The notes beneath the pieces were generated by a model that saw only the letters and a list, made by a program, of their open reading frames with translations, was not told the origin of the DNA and searched no databases. A DNA stretch of 64,000 bases, taken from assembly GCA_963717935.1 (NCBI GenBank), contig CAVQXP010000004.1:992001-1056000 (forward strand). The letters are read 5' to 3'. The stretch comes from Candidatus Eiseniibacteriota bacterium (GTDB lineage: Bacteria > Eisenbacteria > RBG-16-71-46). This document shows positions 19,776 to 28,723 of the stretch, in pieces. Both the position numbers and the translations under genes were made by a program. Position 1 is the first letter of the stretch; each line of letters begins with the position of its first letter.

Positions 19776-20714
19776 GTGCCCGACGAACCGGTGAAGCCGG
19801 AGGCGCCGGCCGGCGCCGGGGTCGCGGGGCCCGGCTTCCGCCGGCTCCCGCCCTGGCTCAAGACCGCGCTGCCGGGCCGGGGCGAGTACGCGGAGACCCG
19901 CGCCCTGCTGCGCGCGCAGCGCCTGGCCACGGTGTGCGAGGACGCCCGCTGCCCCAACCTGGGCCACTGCTGGGAGCGCGGCACGGCGACCATCATGATC
20001 CTGGGCGAGTCGTGCACGCGGCGCTGCGGTTTCTGCGCCGTGGGCCCGGGCAAGCCCGATGGCTTCGTGGACTGGGATGAACCGCGCCGCGTGGGAGAGG
20101 CCGTGGCCGCGATGGGCCTGCGGCACACGGTCATCACGTCGGTGACCCGCGACGACCTGAAGGACGGCGGGAGCACGATCTTCGCGATGGTGGTCCGCGA
20201 GATCCGCCAGCGCTCGCAGGCCGCGATCGAGGTGCTCATCCCCGATTTCCTCGGGCACGCCGAAGACCTGCAGCGGGTGATCGAGGCCCGGCCCGACGTC
20301 ATCAACCACAACGTCGAGACGGTCGAGCGCCTGCACCCGACGGTGCGCCCGAGCGCGCGCTACCACCGCTCGCTCGAGGTCCTGCGGCGGGTGCGGGAGA
20401 GCGGTGCGGGGATCAAGACCAAGTCGGGGATCATGCTCGGCCTGGGCGAGACCGACGAGGAGGTCGAGCAGACGCTCGTGGACCTGCGCGCGCACGGCTG
20501 CGACCTGCTCACGATCGGCCAGTACCTGCGGCCGGCGCCGGACCGCCTGCCGGTGGTCGAGTACGTGCACCCGGACAAGTTCGCCTTCTGGAGATCGCGC
20601 GCGGCCACGCTGGGCTTCGAGAACACGGCGAGCGGCCCGCTGGTGCGCTCCTCGTTCCACGCGGACGAACTGGCGGGAACGGTGCGCGCGGGGGAGTCGA
20701 GCCGGCCGGCGTAG
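19776..20714 (+). CDS. lipA: Lipoyl synthase
   Basis: CEDARCPNLGHC, CTRRCGFC, TSVTRDDL, NHNVETV, GPLVRSS. Confidence 0.96.
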   Translation: MPDEPVKPEAPAGAGVAGPGFRRLPPWLKTALPGRGEYAETRALLRAQRLATVCEDARCPNLGHCWERGTATIMILGESCTRRCGFCAVGPGKPDGFVDWDEPRRVGEAVAAMGLRHTVITSVTRDDLKDGGSTIFAMVVREIRQRSQAAIEVLIPDFLGHAEDLQRVIEARPDVINHNVETVERLHPTVRPSARYHRSLEVLRRVRESGAGIKTKSGIMLGLGETDEEVEQTLVDLRAHGCDLLTIGQYLRPAPDRLPVVEYVHPDKFAFWRSRAATLGFENTASGPLVRSSFHADELAGTVRAGESSRPA

Positions 20715-20737
20715 CGCGTCGGGCCCGGTCCGGCGGT

Positions 20738-21223
20738 TCAGGCCGGCTCGAGGTCCTCGGGCGCCAGGGTCAGCAGGATCCGCCCGCTCCCCGGGCCCAT
20801 CCCCCGCGGGCAATGGATCCTCACGAGCATCCCCGGGGAGAGGCCCTGCTCGACGCCGGTCAGGTAGCCGGCCAGTTGGCCGAGAAGCGGCTGGTGCCCG
20901 ACGACGAGGATGTGGCCCGCCGTCACGCCCTGCCCGGTGAGCGCGTCCAGCACCTCCGGGGGCTCGCGCTCGGGCTCGAGGGCGCCGAGGATCTCGACCG
21001 CGACCGGCGGAGCGGCCGCCCGCGCCACGATCCCGGCGCTCTGCTGCGCACGCGCGTAGGGGCTCGAGAAGGCCCGGTCGGGGCGCCAGGCCTCGTCGGC
21101 GAGGTGCGTGGCGAGCGACGCGAGCCCGCGCACGCCCGCGGGCGAGAGGGCGCGCTGGCGGTCGCCGGCCGCCCCCGCGGGGAGCGCCTGGCCGTGCCTG
21201 AGGAGGTCGAGGACGATGGCCAC
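20738..21223 (-). CDS. sixA: SixA-like phosphohistidine phosphatase
   Basis: LLRHGQA, DRQRALS, SSPYARAQQS, VVGHQP; start approximate. Confidence 0.8.
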   Translation of the reverse strand: MAIVLDLLRHGQALPAGAAGDRQRALSPAGVRGLASLATHLADEAWRPDRAFSSPYARAQQSAGIVARAAAPPVAVEILGALEPEREPPEVLDALTGQGVTAGHILVVGHQPLLGQLAGYLTGVEQGLSPGMLVRIHCPRGMGPGSGRILLTLAPEDLEPA

Positions 21224-21400
21224 GGCCCGAGCGTCGCGGGGGCGAAGCAGGTTGTCAAGGTCGGGCGTTGGGCCCGGCGCTCGGATCCCGCGCCACGCCG
21301 TCCGGAGGGCCCCCCACCGGTTGCGGCCCCGGGTGGCGTCCGATAGGTTCACGCGTGAGCCTTGTCCGTGGCCGCCTGACTCCGGGAGCGCGCCTTCCCC

Positions 21401-24400
21401 ATGACCAGCCGATTCCTCGACCTGCTGCGCGAGCGCGTACTGTTCTTCGACGGTGCCATGGGCACCCAGCTGCAGGCGCGCGAGCTGAAGGCCGGCGATT
21501 TCGGCGGTGCGCGCTGGGAGGGCTGCTTCGACCACCTCTCGCTGACCCGGCCGGACGTGGTCGAGGACGTGCACGCCGCCTACTTCGAGGCCGGCGCCGA
21601 CGTGGTCGAGACCAACTCCTTCCAGGCCTCGCGCGTGCGCCTCGAGGAATGGGGCCTCGGTGAGAAGACGCTCGAGCTGAACCGTGCGGCGGCGGCCATC
21701 GCGCGCCGCGTGGCGGACCGCTTCGAGCGCGCCGACGGCCGCCCGCGCTTCGCCGCGGGCTCGATGGGGCCCTCGGGCTACCTGCCCTCGTCGGAGGACC
21801 CGGAACTGGGCCGGCTCGGGCTCGAGGACCTGGTGGCCGCCTTCCTGCCCCAGGCGCAGGGCCTGGTCGAGGGTGGCGCCGACCTGCTCATCCTCGAGAC
21901 CAGCCAGGACATGCTCGAGCTGAAGGCGCAGATCCTGGCCGCGCGCGAGGCCTTCGCCGCCACCGGCCGGCGCCTGCCGCTGCAGTGCTCGGTCACGCTC
22001 GATCCGGCCGGACGCATGCTGCTCGGCACCGACATCGGAGCGGCGCTGGCGACGCTCGAGGCCATGGGGGCCGAGATCGTCGGTCTCAACTGCTCGACCG
22101 GCCCCGACCTGATGCGCGACGCGGTGCGCCACCTGGCGCAGAACGCCGGCACGTTCCTGCACGTCATCCCGAACGCGGGGCTGCCCATCAACGACGGCGG
22201 GCGCACCGTGTTCCCGATGCAGCCGGGCCCGATGGCCGGGGTGCTGCGCGAGTTCGTCGAGGAGTTCGGCATCAACCTCGTGGGCGGCTGCTGCGGCACC
22301 ACGCCCGAGCACACGCGCGCGATGGTCGCCGCCATCGGCCGGCGCGCGCCGGGGAAGCGCCCCGGCCGCTCCGGCTGGTCGCTCTCGAGCGGCATGACCG
22401 CGACCGCGCTGAGGCAGGAGCCGCGCCCGCTGCTGATCGGCGAGCGGCTCAACACCCAGGGCTCGCGCAAGGTCAAGGCCCTGGCGCTCGAGGACCGGAT
22501 CGAGGACATGGTCCCGATCGCGCGCAGCCAGGTCGAGGGCGGGGCGCACGTGCTGGACGTGTGCATGGCGTTGACCGAGCGCACGGACGAGGCCGCCATG
22601 CTGCGCCGGCTCACCCGCAAGCTCTCGCTCTCGGTCGAGGCCCCGCTGTGCTTCGACTCGACCGAGCCGCGCGCGCTCGAAGAGGCGCTCAAGGCCTGCC
22701 CGGGCGCGGCGCTGGTCAACTCCATCAACCTGGAGAACGGCCGCGAGCGCGTGGACGCCGTGATGCCGCTGGTCGTGAAGTACGGCGCCGCGGTCATCGC
22801 GCTGACCATCGACGAGCAGGGCATGGCGAAGAGCGCCGGGCGCAAGCTCGAGGTGGCGCGCCGCCTCCACGACCTCGTGACCCGCGAGTACGGGCTCCCC
22901 GCGGAGCGGCTGGTGTTCGACCCGCTCACCTTCACGCTGGCGACCGGCGACGCCGAGTTCCAGCGCTCGGCCCTCGACACGCTCGAGGGCATCCGCGCCA
23001 TCAAGGCCGCGCTGCCCGGCGTGCTCACCAGCCTCGGTGTCTCGAACGTCTCCTTCGGGCTCTCGAAGGAGACGCGTGCGGTGCTCAACTCCGTGTTCCT
23101 CTACCACGCGGTGCGGGCGGGGCTCGACATGGCCATCGTGAACCCGGCCGACATCACGCCCTATGCGGATCTCGCGGAAGACGACCGGCGGCTGGCCGAG
23201 GACCTGATCCTCGACCGCGATCCGCAGGCGCTCTCGAAGCTCATCGCTCACCTGGACGGCCGCTCGCCGGCCCTGCGCGTGCGCCAGGACGAGGCCGGGG
23301 AGGCCCTGCTGCCCGTCGAGCAGCGCATCCACCAGCAGATCCTCCACCGCCGGCCCGCGGGGATCGAGGCGCTGGTGGACGAGGCGGTGACGCGGCAGGA
23401 CGCCGTGACGGTGCTGAACAGCGTGCTGCTCCCCGCCATGAAGGAGGTGGGGGACAAGTTCGGCTCGGGCGAACTGATCCTGCCCTTCGTGCTGCAGAGC
23501 GCCGAGGTCATGAAGAAGGCCGTCGCCCGGCTCGAGACCTACCTCGAGCGGAACGCCGACGTCACGAAGGGCCGCGTGGTGCTGGCCACGGTCCACGGCG
23601 ACGTGCACGACATCGGCAAGAACCTGGTGAAGACCATCCTCTCGAACAACGGCTACACGGTGATCGACCTGGGCAAGCAGGTGCCGGTGCAGACCATCCT
23701 CGCGAAGGCGCAGGAGGTGGGCGCCGACGCCATCGGCCTGTCGGCCCTGCTGGTCTCGACCAGCAGGCAGATGCCCGCGTGCGTGGCGGAGCTGCACCGC
23801 GCCGGGCTCCCGTACCCCGTGCTCATCGGCGGCGCCGCCATCAACCGCAACTTCGGCCGGCGTGCCGCGCTGGTGGGCGACGAGCACGTCTACGAGCCGG
23901 GCGTGTACTACTGCAAGGACGCCTTCGAAGGCCTGGACACCATGAACGCGCTCATGGACCCGGCGCAGCGGGCGGCGCTGGTGGGGCGTGTGCGGAGTGA
24001 AGCGCTCGAGTTCCGCGCGAAGGCGCCCGGGCTCGCGGCGCGAGAGGCGGCGGCGGCGGCGAAGCAGGGCGACTTCCGGGTGAAGGTGTCGCGGGAGGCC
24101 GCCATCCCCGTGCCGCCCTTCTGGGGCGCGCGCGTCACGCCCACGAGCGGGGTCCCGTTCGCCGGGATGTTCGCCGGGATGGACCTGAAGACCCTCTACC
24201 GCCTGCACTGGGGCGCGCGTGGCAGCGGCGCGGAGTACGAGCGGCTCATCCGCGAGGACTTCGAGCCGCGGCGCCTGCGGCTCGAGCGCGAGGCCGAGAC
24301 GCGGGGCTGGCTCGAGCCGCGCGCCGTCTACGGCTACTTCCCCTGCCAGAGCGAGGGGCAGGACCTGGTCGTCTACGATCCGGCCGCATTCGCCCCCGGC

Positions 24401-24895
24401 GCGCCCGGCCCGCGGGGCAAGATCGAGGAACGGGTGCGCTTCACCTTCCCGCGCCAGGCCGGCCGCGAGGGGCTCTGCCTCTCGGACTATTTCCTGCCGG
24501 TCGAGAGCAGCCGCTTCGACGTGGTCGCCTTCCAGGTGGTGACCGTGGGAAGCGGCGTGGACGAGCTGGGCGAGCGCCTGAACGCGGCGGGCGAGTACGC
24601 CGAGGCGCTCTTCACGCACGGCCTCGGCGTCTCCGCCGCCGAGGGGCTCGCCGAGTGGCACCACCGCAAGGTGCGCGCGGAGCTGGCGCTCGGTGAGGAG
24701 CGTGGCAAGCGCTACTCGTTCGGCTACAGCGCCTGCCCGGACCTCGCCGACCAGCAGAAGCTCTTCCGCCTGCTGGCGCCCGAGAGCGCGATCGGCGTGA
24801 CGCTGACCAGCGCCTGGCAGCTCGTGCCCGAAGCGAGCACCTCGGCGATCATCGTCCACCACTCCGAGGCCATGTACTACATGGTGCGGGAGTAG
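21401..24895 (+). CDS. metH: Cobalamin-dependent methionine synthase
   Basis: DGAMGT, GLNCSTGP, GGCCGT, IGERLN, DVHDIGKNLV, RYSFGYSACPD. Confidence 0.97.
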   Translation: MTSRFLDLLRERVLFFDGAMGTQLQARELKAGDFGGARWEGCFDHLSLTRPDVVEDVHAAYFEAGADVVETNSFQASRVRLEEWGLGEKTLELNRAAAAIARRVADRFERADGRPRFAAGSMGPSGYLPSSEDPELGRLGLEDLVAAFLPQAQGLVEGGADLLILETSQDMLELKAQILAAREAFAATGRRLPLQCSVTLDPAGRMLLGTDIGAALATLEAMGAEIVGLNCSTGPDLMRDAVRHLAQNAGTFLHVIPNAGLPINDGGRTVFPMQPGPMAGVLREFVEEFGINLVGGCCGTTPEHTRAMVAAIGRRAPGKRPGRSGWSLSSGMTATALRQEPRPLLIGERLNTQGSRKVKALALEDRIEDMVPIARSQVEGGAHVLDVCMALTERTDEAAMLRRLTRKLSLSVEAPLCFDSTEPRALEEALKACPGAALVNSINLENGRERVDAVMPLVVKYGAAVIALTIDEQGMAKSAGRKLEVARRLHDLVTREYGLPAERLVFDPLTFTLATGDAEFQRSALDTLEGIRAIKAALPGVLTSLGVSNVSFGLSKETRAVLNSVFLYHAVRAGLDMAIVNPADITPYADLAEDDRRLAEDLILDRDPQALSKLIAHLDGRSPALRVRQDEAGEALLPVEQRIHQQILHRRPAGIEALVDEAVTRQDAVTVLNSVLLPAMKEVGDKFGSGELILPFVLQSAEVMKKAVARLETYLERNADVTKGRVVLATVHGDVHDIGKNLVKTILSNNGYTVIDLGKQVPVQTILAKAQEVGADAIGLSALLVSTSRQMPACVAELHRAGLPYPVLIGGAAINRNFGRRAALVGDEHVYEPGVYYCKDAFEGLDTMNALMDPAQRAALVGRVRSEALEFRAKAPGLAAREAAAAAKQGDFRVKVSREAAIPVPPFWGARVTPTSGVPFAGMFAGMDLKTLYRLHWGARGSGAEYERLIREDFEPRRLRLEREAETRGWLEPRAVYGYFPCQSEGQDLVVYDPAAFAPGAPGPRGKIEERVRFTFPRQAGREGLCLSDYFLPVESSRFDVVAFQVVTVGSGVDELGERLNAAGEYAEALFTHGLGVSAAEGLAEWHHRKVRAELALGEERGKRYSFGYSACPDLADQQKLFRLLAPESAIGVTLTSAWQLVPEASTSAIIVHHSEAMYYMVRE

Positions 24896-24994
24896 GGTAG
24901 ACTCCCCTGGCATCGCCCCACCCGGAGTGATTCCCCGATGCCTCCGTCCGTGCCCCAGGACCCGATGTCGCCCCCGCACGAGGAGAAGAACCAC

Positions 24995-25201
24995 ATGACG
25001 TTCCGCGTCGAGGTCGAACGGGAGACCGACGGCCGCTGGCTTGCCGAGATCCTTGAGCTGCCGGGCGTGCTGGCCTACGGGCCTTCCGCAGCGGAAGCCG
25101 GAGCAAGGGCCCAGGCGCTGGCGCTTCGCGTCGTGGCCGACCGGCTGGAACACGGCGAGGCCGGCCCGGACCTGCTGAGCATCTCCTTCACCGCCGCCTG
25201 A
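24995..25201 (+). CDS. hicB: Short HicB-family antitoxin
   Basis: EVERETDGRWLAEILELPGVLAYG; GAGGAG RBS. Confidence 0.8.
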   Translation: MTFRVEVERETDGRWLAEILELPGVLAYGPSAAEAGARAQALALRVVADRLEHGEAGPDLLSISFTAA

Positions 25202-25410
25202 TGCGATGGGGGAGCGCCCCCGCACGCCAGGTCCTCTCGGCCCTGCTGAGGACGGGGTGGATCATCAAGAGATCGTCCGGGTCCCACTTCGTCCTCGCCC
25301 GGCCCGGATGGGCGGACTTCGTCTTCGCCTTCCACCATCGCGAGGAGATCGGTCCGCGCATGCTCTCGAGGATCGCGAAGCACACGGGGTTGCGGCCCGA
25401 TGACCTCTGA
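25201..25410 (+). CDS. hicA: HicA-family mRNA interferase toxin
   Basis: LLRTGW..RSSGSHFVL..H..EEIGPRMLSRI; TGATG coupling. Confidence 0.8.
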   Translation: MRWGSAPARQVLSALLRTGWIIKRSSGSHFVLARPGWADFVFAFHHREEIGPRMLSRIAKHTGLRPDDL

Positions 25411-25469
25411 CCCGGCGGGATGATCCGGGGATTGCCACGCGTGGGCGATTCCGTGCTAGCCTTTGCGCC

Positions 25470-26093
25470 ATGCGCATCGAACCGGTGACGCTCGAAGGCG
25501 CGCACGTCCGGCTCGAACCGCTCTCGCTCGAGCGGCACGCCGATGGGCTGCTCGAGATCGGCCTCGACCCGGAGTTGTGGCGCTGGACCATCGTGAAGGT
25601 CGAGACGGCCGCGGACCTGCGCCGCTACCTCGAGAGGGCCCTCCAGGACCAGGACGAGGGGCGCGCGCTGCCGTTCGCCACCGTCGAGCGGGCCAGTGGC
25701 CGCATCGTGGGGAGCACGCGCTTCATGGCGATTGCAGTCCCCCACCGGCGCGTCGAGATCGGCTCGACCTGGATCGCGAAGCCCTGGCAGCGCACCACGG
25801 TCAACACCGAGGCCAAGTACCTGATGCTCCGCCACGCCTTCGAGGCCTGGGGCTGCCAGCGGGTCGAACTCAAGACCGACTCCCGCAACGAGCGCTCGCG
25901 GCGGTCCATGCTGCGGCTCGGGTGCGTGGAGGAAGGCACCTACCGCAAGCACCTGGTCACCGAGCGGGGCGAGGTGCGCGACACCGTCTACTACAGCGTC
26001 GTGGACGACGAGTGGCCGGCGGTGAAGGCGCGGCTCGAGGGGCTCCTGCGGGCCCGTGGACCCACGCTGGAGGCGGGCCCGCAGGGCGGCTGA
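25470..26093 (+). CDS. RimJ/RimL-type GNAT N-acetyltransferase
   Basis: VGSTRF, VEIGSTW, NTEAKYLML, KTDSRNERS, EG..R. Confidence 0.9.
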   Translation: MRIEPVTLEGAHVRLEPLSLERHADGLLEIGLDPELWRWTIVKVETAADLRRYLERALQDQDEGRALPFATVERASGRIVGSTRFMAIAVPHRRVEIGSTWIAKPWQRTTVNTEAKYLMLRHAFEAWGCQRVELKTDSRNERSRRSMLRLGCVEEGTYRKHLVTERGEVRDTVYYSVVDDEWPAVKARLEGLLRARGPTLEAGPQGG

Positions 26094-26099
26094 CGTCGC

Positions 26100-26129
26100 G
26101 CGGCCCGCCCGGTGCTTCGGGCGGGCCGC
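26100..26129. terminator. Hairpin between convergent genes
   Basis: GCGGCCCGCCCG-GTGCTT-CGGGCGGGCCGC. Confidence 0.6.
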
Positions 26130-26145
26130 CGCCGCTTCCGGTCCG

Positions 26146-28452
26146 TCAATCGCCCGTCGGACGCGAGACCGGGAGGTTCGTGGCGGGTGCGGGCCTGGCG
26201 GCCGCCGCGCTGCCAGCGCCCGGATCGCGCTGGAGCTGCCAGGCGCCCTGCAGCACCGCGTCCACCAGCCCGACGCAGTGCTGACGCGACCAGTTCCAGC
26301 AGTCGAACCCGCTGAACACCACCGAGCCGCAGTCGCGGCCACGGTAGAGGGTCATGACGGGGTTGACGATGCGGTCCTTCTCCGGGTGCGCGCCCGGCGG
26401 AGGCAGGTAGTCGCCGGTGGCGACCATGAGCGTGTCGAGCACGGACACGTCCCGGGCGCACCACGGTGCCGGGTTCCAGTCGTCGAGGATGCGGTTGGGC
26501 TTGCTCAGGTACTCGAGATAGAGCCCGCGCACGCTGTACAGCGGGTTGCCGACGTAGAAGTCGCCGGGCGTGCGGAAGGGCCAGATCGGATCGCTCGCCG
26601 GTTGTTTCGGGTACAAGGTCACCGGCAGGAGCCCGACCAGGGAGCCGCTCTGCAGGAACGGGGCCCGGTTGACCCTGAAGAACGACGGACCGAAGCACTT
26701 GAATTCGCTCTGCCAGTGGGCCAGGTCGTACATGAAGCGGCCAGGGCCCAGGTCGGGCAGCGTGCCGAACGACGAGTAGGTCCGCGTCTGGTTGGAGTCG
26801 TTGAGCATGCTGTTCCAGGCAGCGCTCGTCGCGTTGCCGAAGCCCCCGCCCACCGCCCAGAGCTTCCCGCCGCTCTCGACCCAGGTCGCGAGCGCGCTCT
26901 GCCGGTTCATCGCGGACATGTAGCGCAGGGCCGCTGCGGAGCCCGTGCCATCCACGATCCAGACGATGTGCCGGTAGCGCCCCAGGACTTCGAGCGGGAG
27001 GGTCGGGTCGGCCAGGTCCCGCCGCGTGCCCAGCGTATCGAACCGGTAGCCGTGGAAGATCCCCTGTGGGCTCAGGCAGCCCGGCGGCGTCATGCGCCAG
27101 GGCTTCCCGCCGACGGCGAACAGGAACGTGTCCAACTCGGCCGCGGTCGGCCAGGGACCGTACGGGGCCCGGAGCGTGTCGGGCCTCGAGACGGAGACGA
27201 TCTGGTCCGGGTTGAAGCGCGTGTCGTCCACGATCAGCAGGTCGCGGTCGAAGACGGGGTTCACCAGCGTGAACTCCACGACGCCGAGGCTCACCCGCTC
27301 GAGTCGGTCCCGGGCCTCGACGTAGAGCCGGTGCGTGCCGGTCAGGCGGTGCACGCCGGTCTGGTCCAGCGTGGCGGAGGTGGTGGCGAGATCCCACGCG
27401 CTCCAGTGCGCCAGGTCGAACCGGCCGCGCCGCGGGGTCTCGTCGTAGACGTCGGCGATGTCGAGCGCCCAGCGATAGCCGCTGGCCGCGTTGCCGTACC
27501 AGTTCACGGTCAACGGCCGGAGTGCGGATGCCTGGATGCGGACCACCTGGCTCGAATCCACGGCGTCGGGGGGCAAGCCCCACGCGTACTGGTAGTAGAA
27601 GGTCTCGTTGAACAACGTGAGCCGGGGGCCCGGGGCCCACCCCACGCTCATCAGCAGCACGTTCTTGTCGAGGCTGAAGACCGGGTCGTAGGCCCCGTCC
27701 CTGTCGAGCGCCGTGATGGCGAACAGATACTCCGTGTTGGGCGTGAGGCCCGTCAGCCGGAGGCTCGTCGAGCCGCCGTCGCACGAGTCCCATCCGGCGA
27801 ACGCGGGAGCGAACTGCCGGCGCAGCGAATCGGGGTCGATGAGCCATGCCTGCCAGGGGACCTCGGGGCCGCGCTTCCACAGCTTGTACTTGTACTCCGC
27901 GGGCAGTCCCCGGCGGCCGTCGGGGTCCGAGCCGGTCCAGTGGATCGGGAAGTCGGGAGGCACCGTGGCTGCCAGGAGCCGGCTCGGGTGAGGCGAGGTG
28001 ATCTCCACCGTCGGCGCGACGTTCTCGTCGAACAGCGCGACCGCGGCGGGCTCCGATACCGCGCCGCGGTCGTCCACCGCGCGCACGGCGAAGAACTCGA
28101 AGTCGTCACGGAGGGGCCGCGAGGCCGCGGCGGCGCTGCGCGCAGCGCGGCGGAAGCCGAGCGTCTGCTCGCGCTCGGTGACCGCGGTCCAGCCGCTCTC
28201 CCGGTCCAGGGCGGCGAGTTCCCGGGTCACGAGGTAGTGGTCCACGCGGCCGTCCGGGTCGGTGGCGGTCCAGTGAAGCCGGGCGGTGACGCTCTCGCCG
28301 TCCCCGCCGGAGACGGAGGGGCGCTCGATCCGGACTGCGGGAGGCTGATTCGGCGGCCCGATGGTGCTCTGGAGTCGCTTGCCGCAGCCAGGGGCGACCA
28401 CGGTCACCGCGATCAGGGCACAGAGCGCGGCTGGACGCATGGGATGGAGCAT
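26146..28452 (-). CDS. Large lipoprotein with Fn3-like repeats, related to 12116..13615
   Basis: AAGGAG RBS; lipobox-like APGC; WTATDPDG, VRAVDDRG, WTGSDPDG, LLIVDD. Confidence 0.8.
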   Translation of the reverse strand: MLHPMRPAALCALIAVTVVAPGCGKRLQSTIGPPNQPPAVRIERPSVSGGDGESVTARLHWTATDPDGRVDHYLVTRELAALDRESGWTAVTEREQTLGFRRAARSAAAASRPLRDDFEFFAVRAVDDRGAVSEPAAVALFDENVAPTVEITSPHPSRLLAATVPPDFPIHWTGSDPDGRRGLPAEYKYKLWKRGPEVPWQAWLIDPDSLRRQFAPAFAGWDSCDGGSTSLRLTGLTPNTEYLFAITALDRDGAYDPVFSLDKNVLLMSVGWAPGPRLTLFNETFYYQYAWGLPPDAVDSSQVVRIQASALRPLTVNWYGNAASGYRWALDIADVYDETPRRGRFDLAHWSAWDLATTSATLDQTGVHRLTGTHRLYVEARDRLERVSLGVVEFTLVNPVFDRDLLIVDDTRFNPDQIVSVSRPDTLRAPYGPWPTAAELDTFLFAVGGKPWRMTPPGCLSPQGIFHGYRFDTLGTRRDLADPTLPLEVLGRYRHIVWIVDGTGSAAALRYMSAMNRQSALATWVESGGKLWAVGGGFGNATSAAWNSMLNDSNQTRTYSSFGTLPDLGPGRFMYDLAHWQSEFKCFGPSFFRVNRAPFLQSGSLVGLLPVTLYPKQPASDPIWPFRTPGDFYVGNPLYSVRGLYLEYLSKPNRILDDWNPAPWCARDVSVLDTLMVATGDYLPPPGAHPEKDRIVNPVMTLYRGRDCGSVVFSGFDCWNWSRQHCVGLVDAVLQGAWQLQRDPGAGSAAAARPAPATNLPVSRPTGD

Positions 28453-28723
28453 CGGATTCTCCTTCGATCGTGTTCGACATGTCCCGGTCGTGGACATGGC
28501 AAGAAGGCAGGCAGCGCCCTCGATGAACCTCGCTTTCCCGCCCGGTCGAAGGTCATGACCCTGTCAAGAATCATATATCATCAGGGGCGCGTCGGATATG
28601 ACGATCTTCACTCCGCTGCGGGCGCAGGAGTCGCGCGAAGGGGCCCCGGAGCACGCGCCCTGCCACCCGACGCACTGCGGCCCGTCCCGGGTGCGGGGTG
28701 GGCCGCGGCGCTCGCAGGCGGGT

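Noticed and set aside
21224..21400. SAM or cobalamin riboswitch before metH
   Set aside because: No recognisable consensus by eye; an Rfam scan would be decisive
20738..25225. 1495-aa minus-strand ORF
   Set aside because: Antisense shadow of metH and hicB; only the last ~160 codons (SixA) are real
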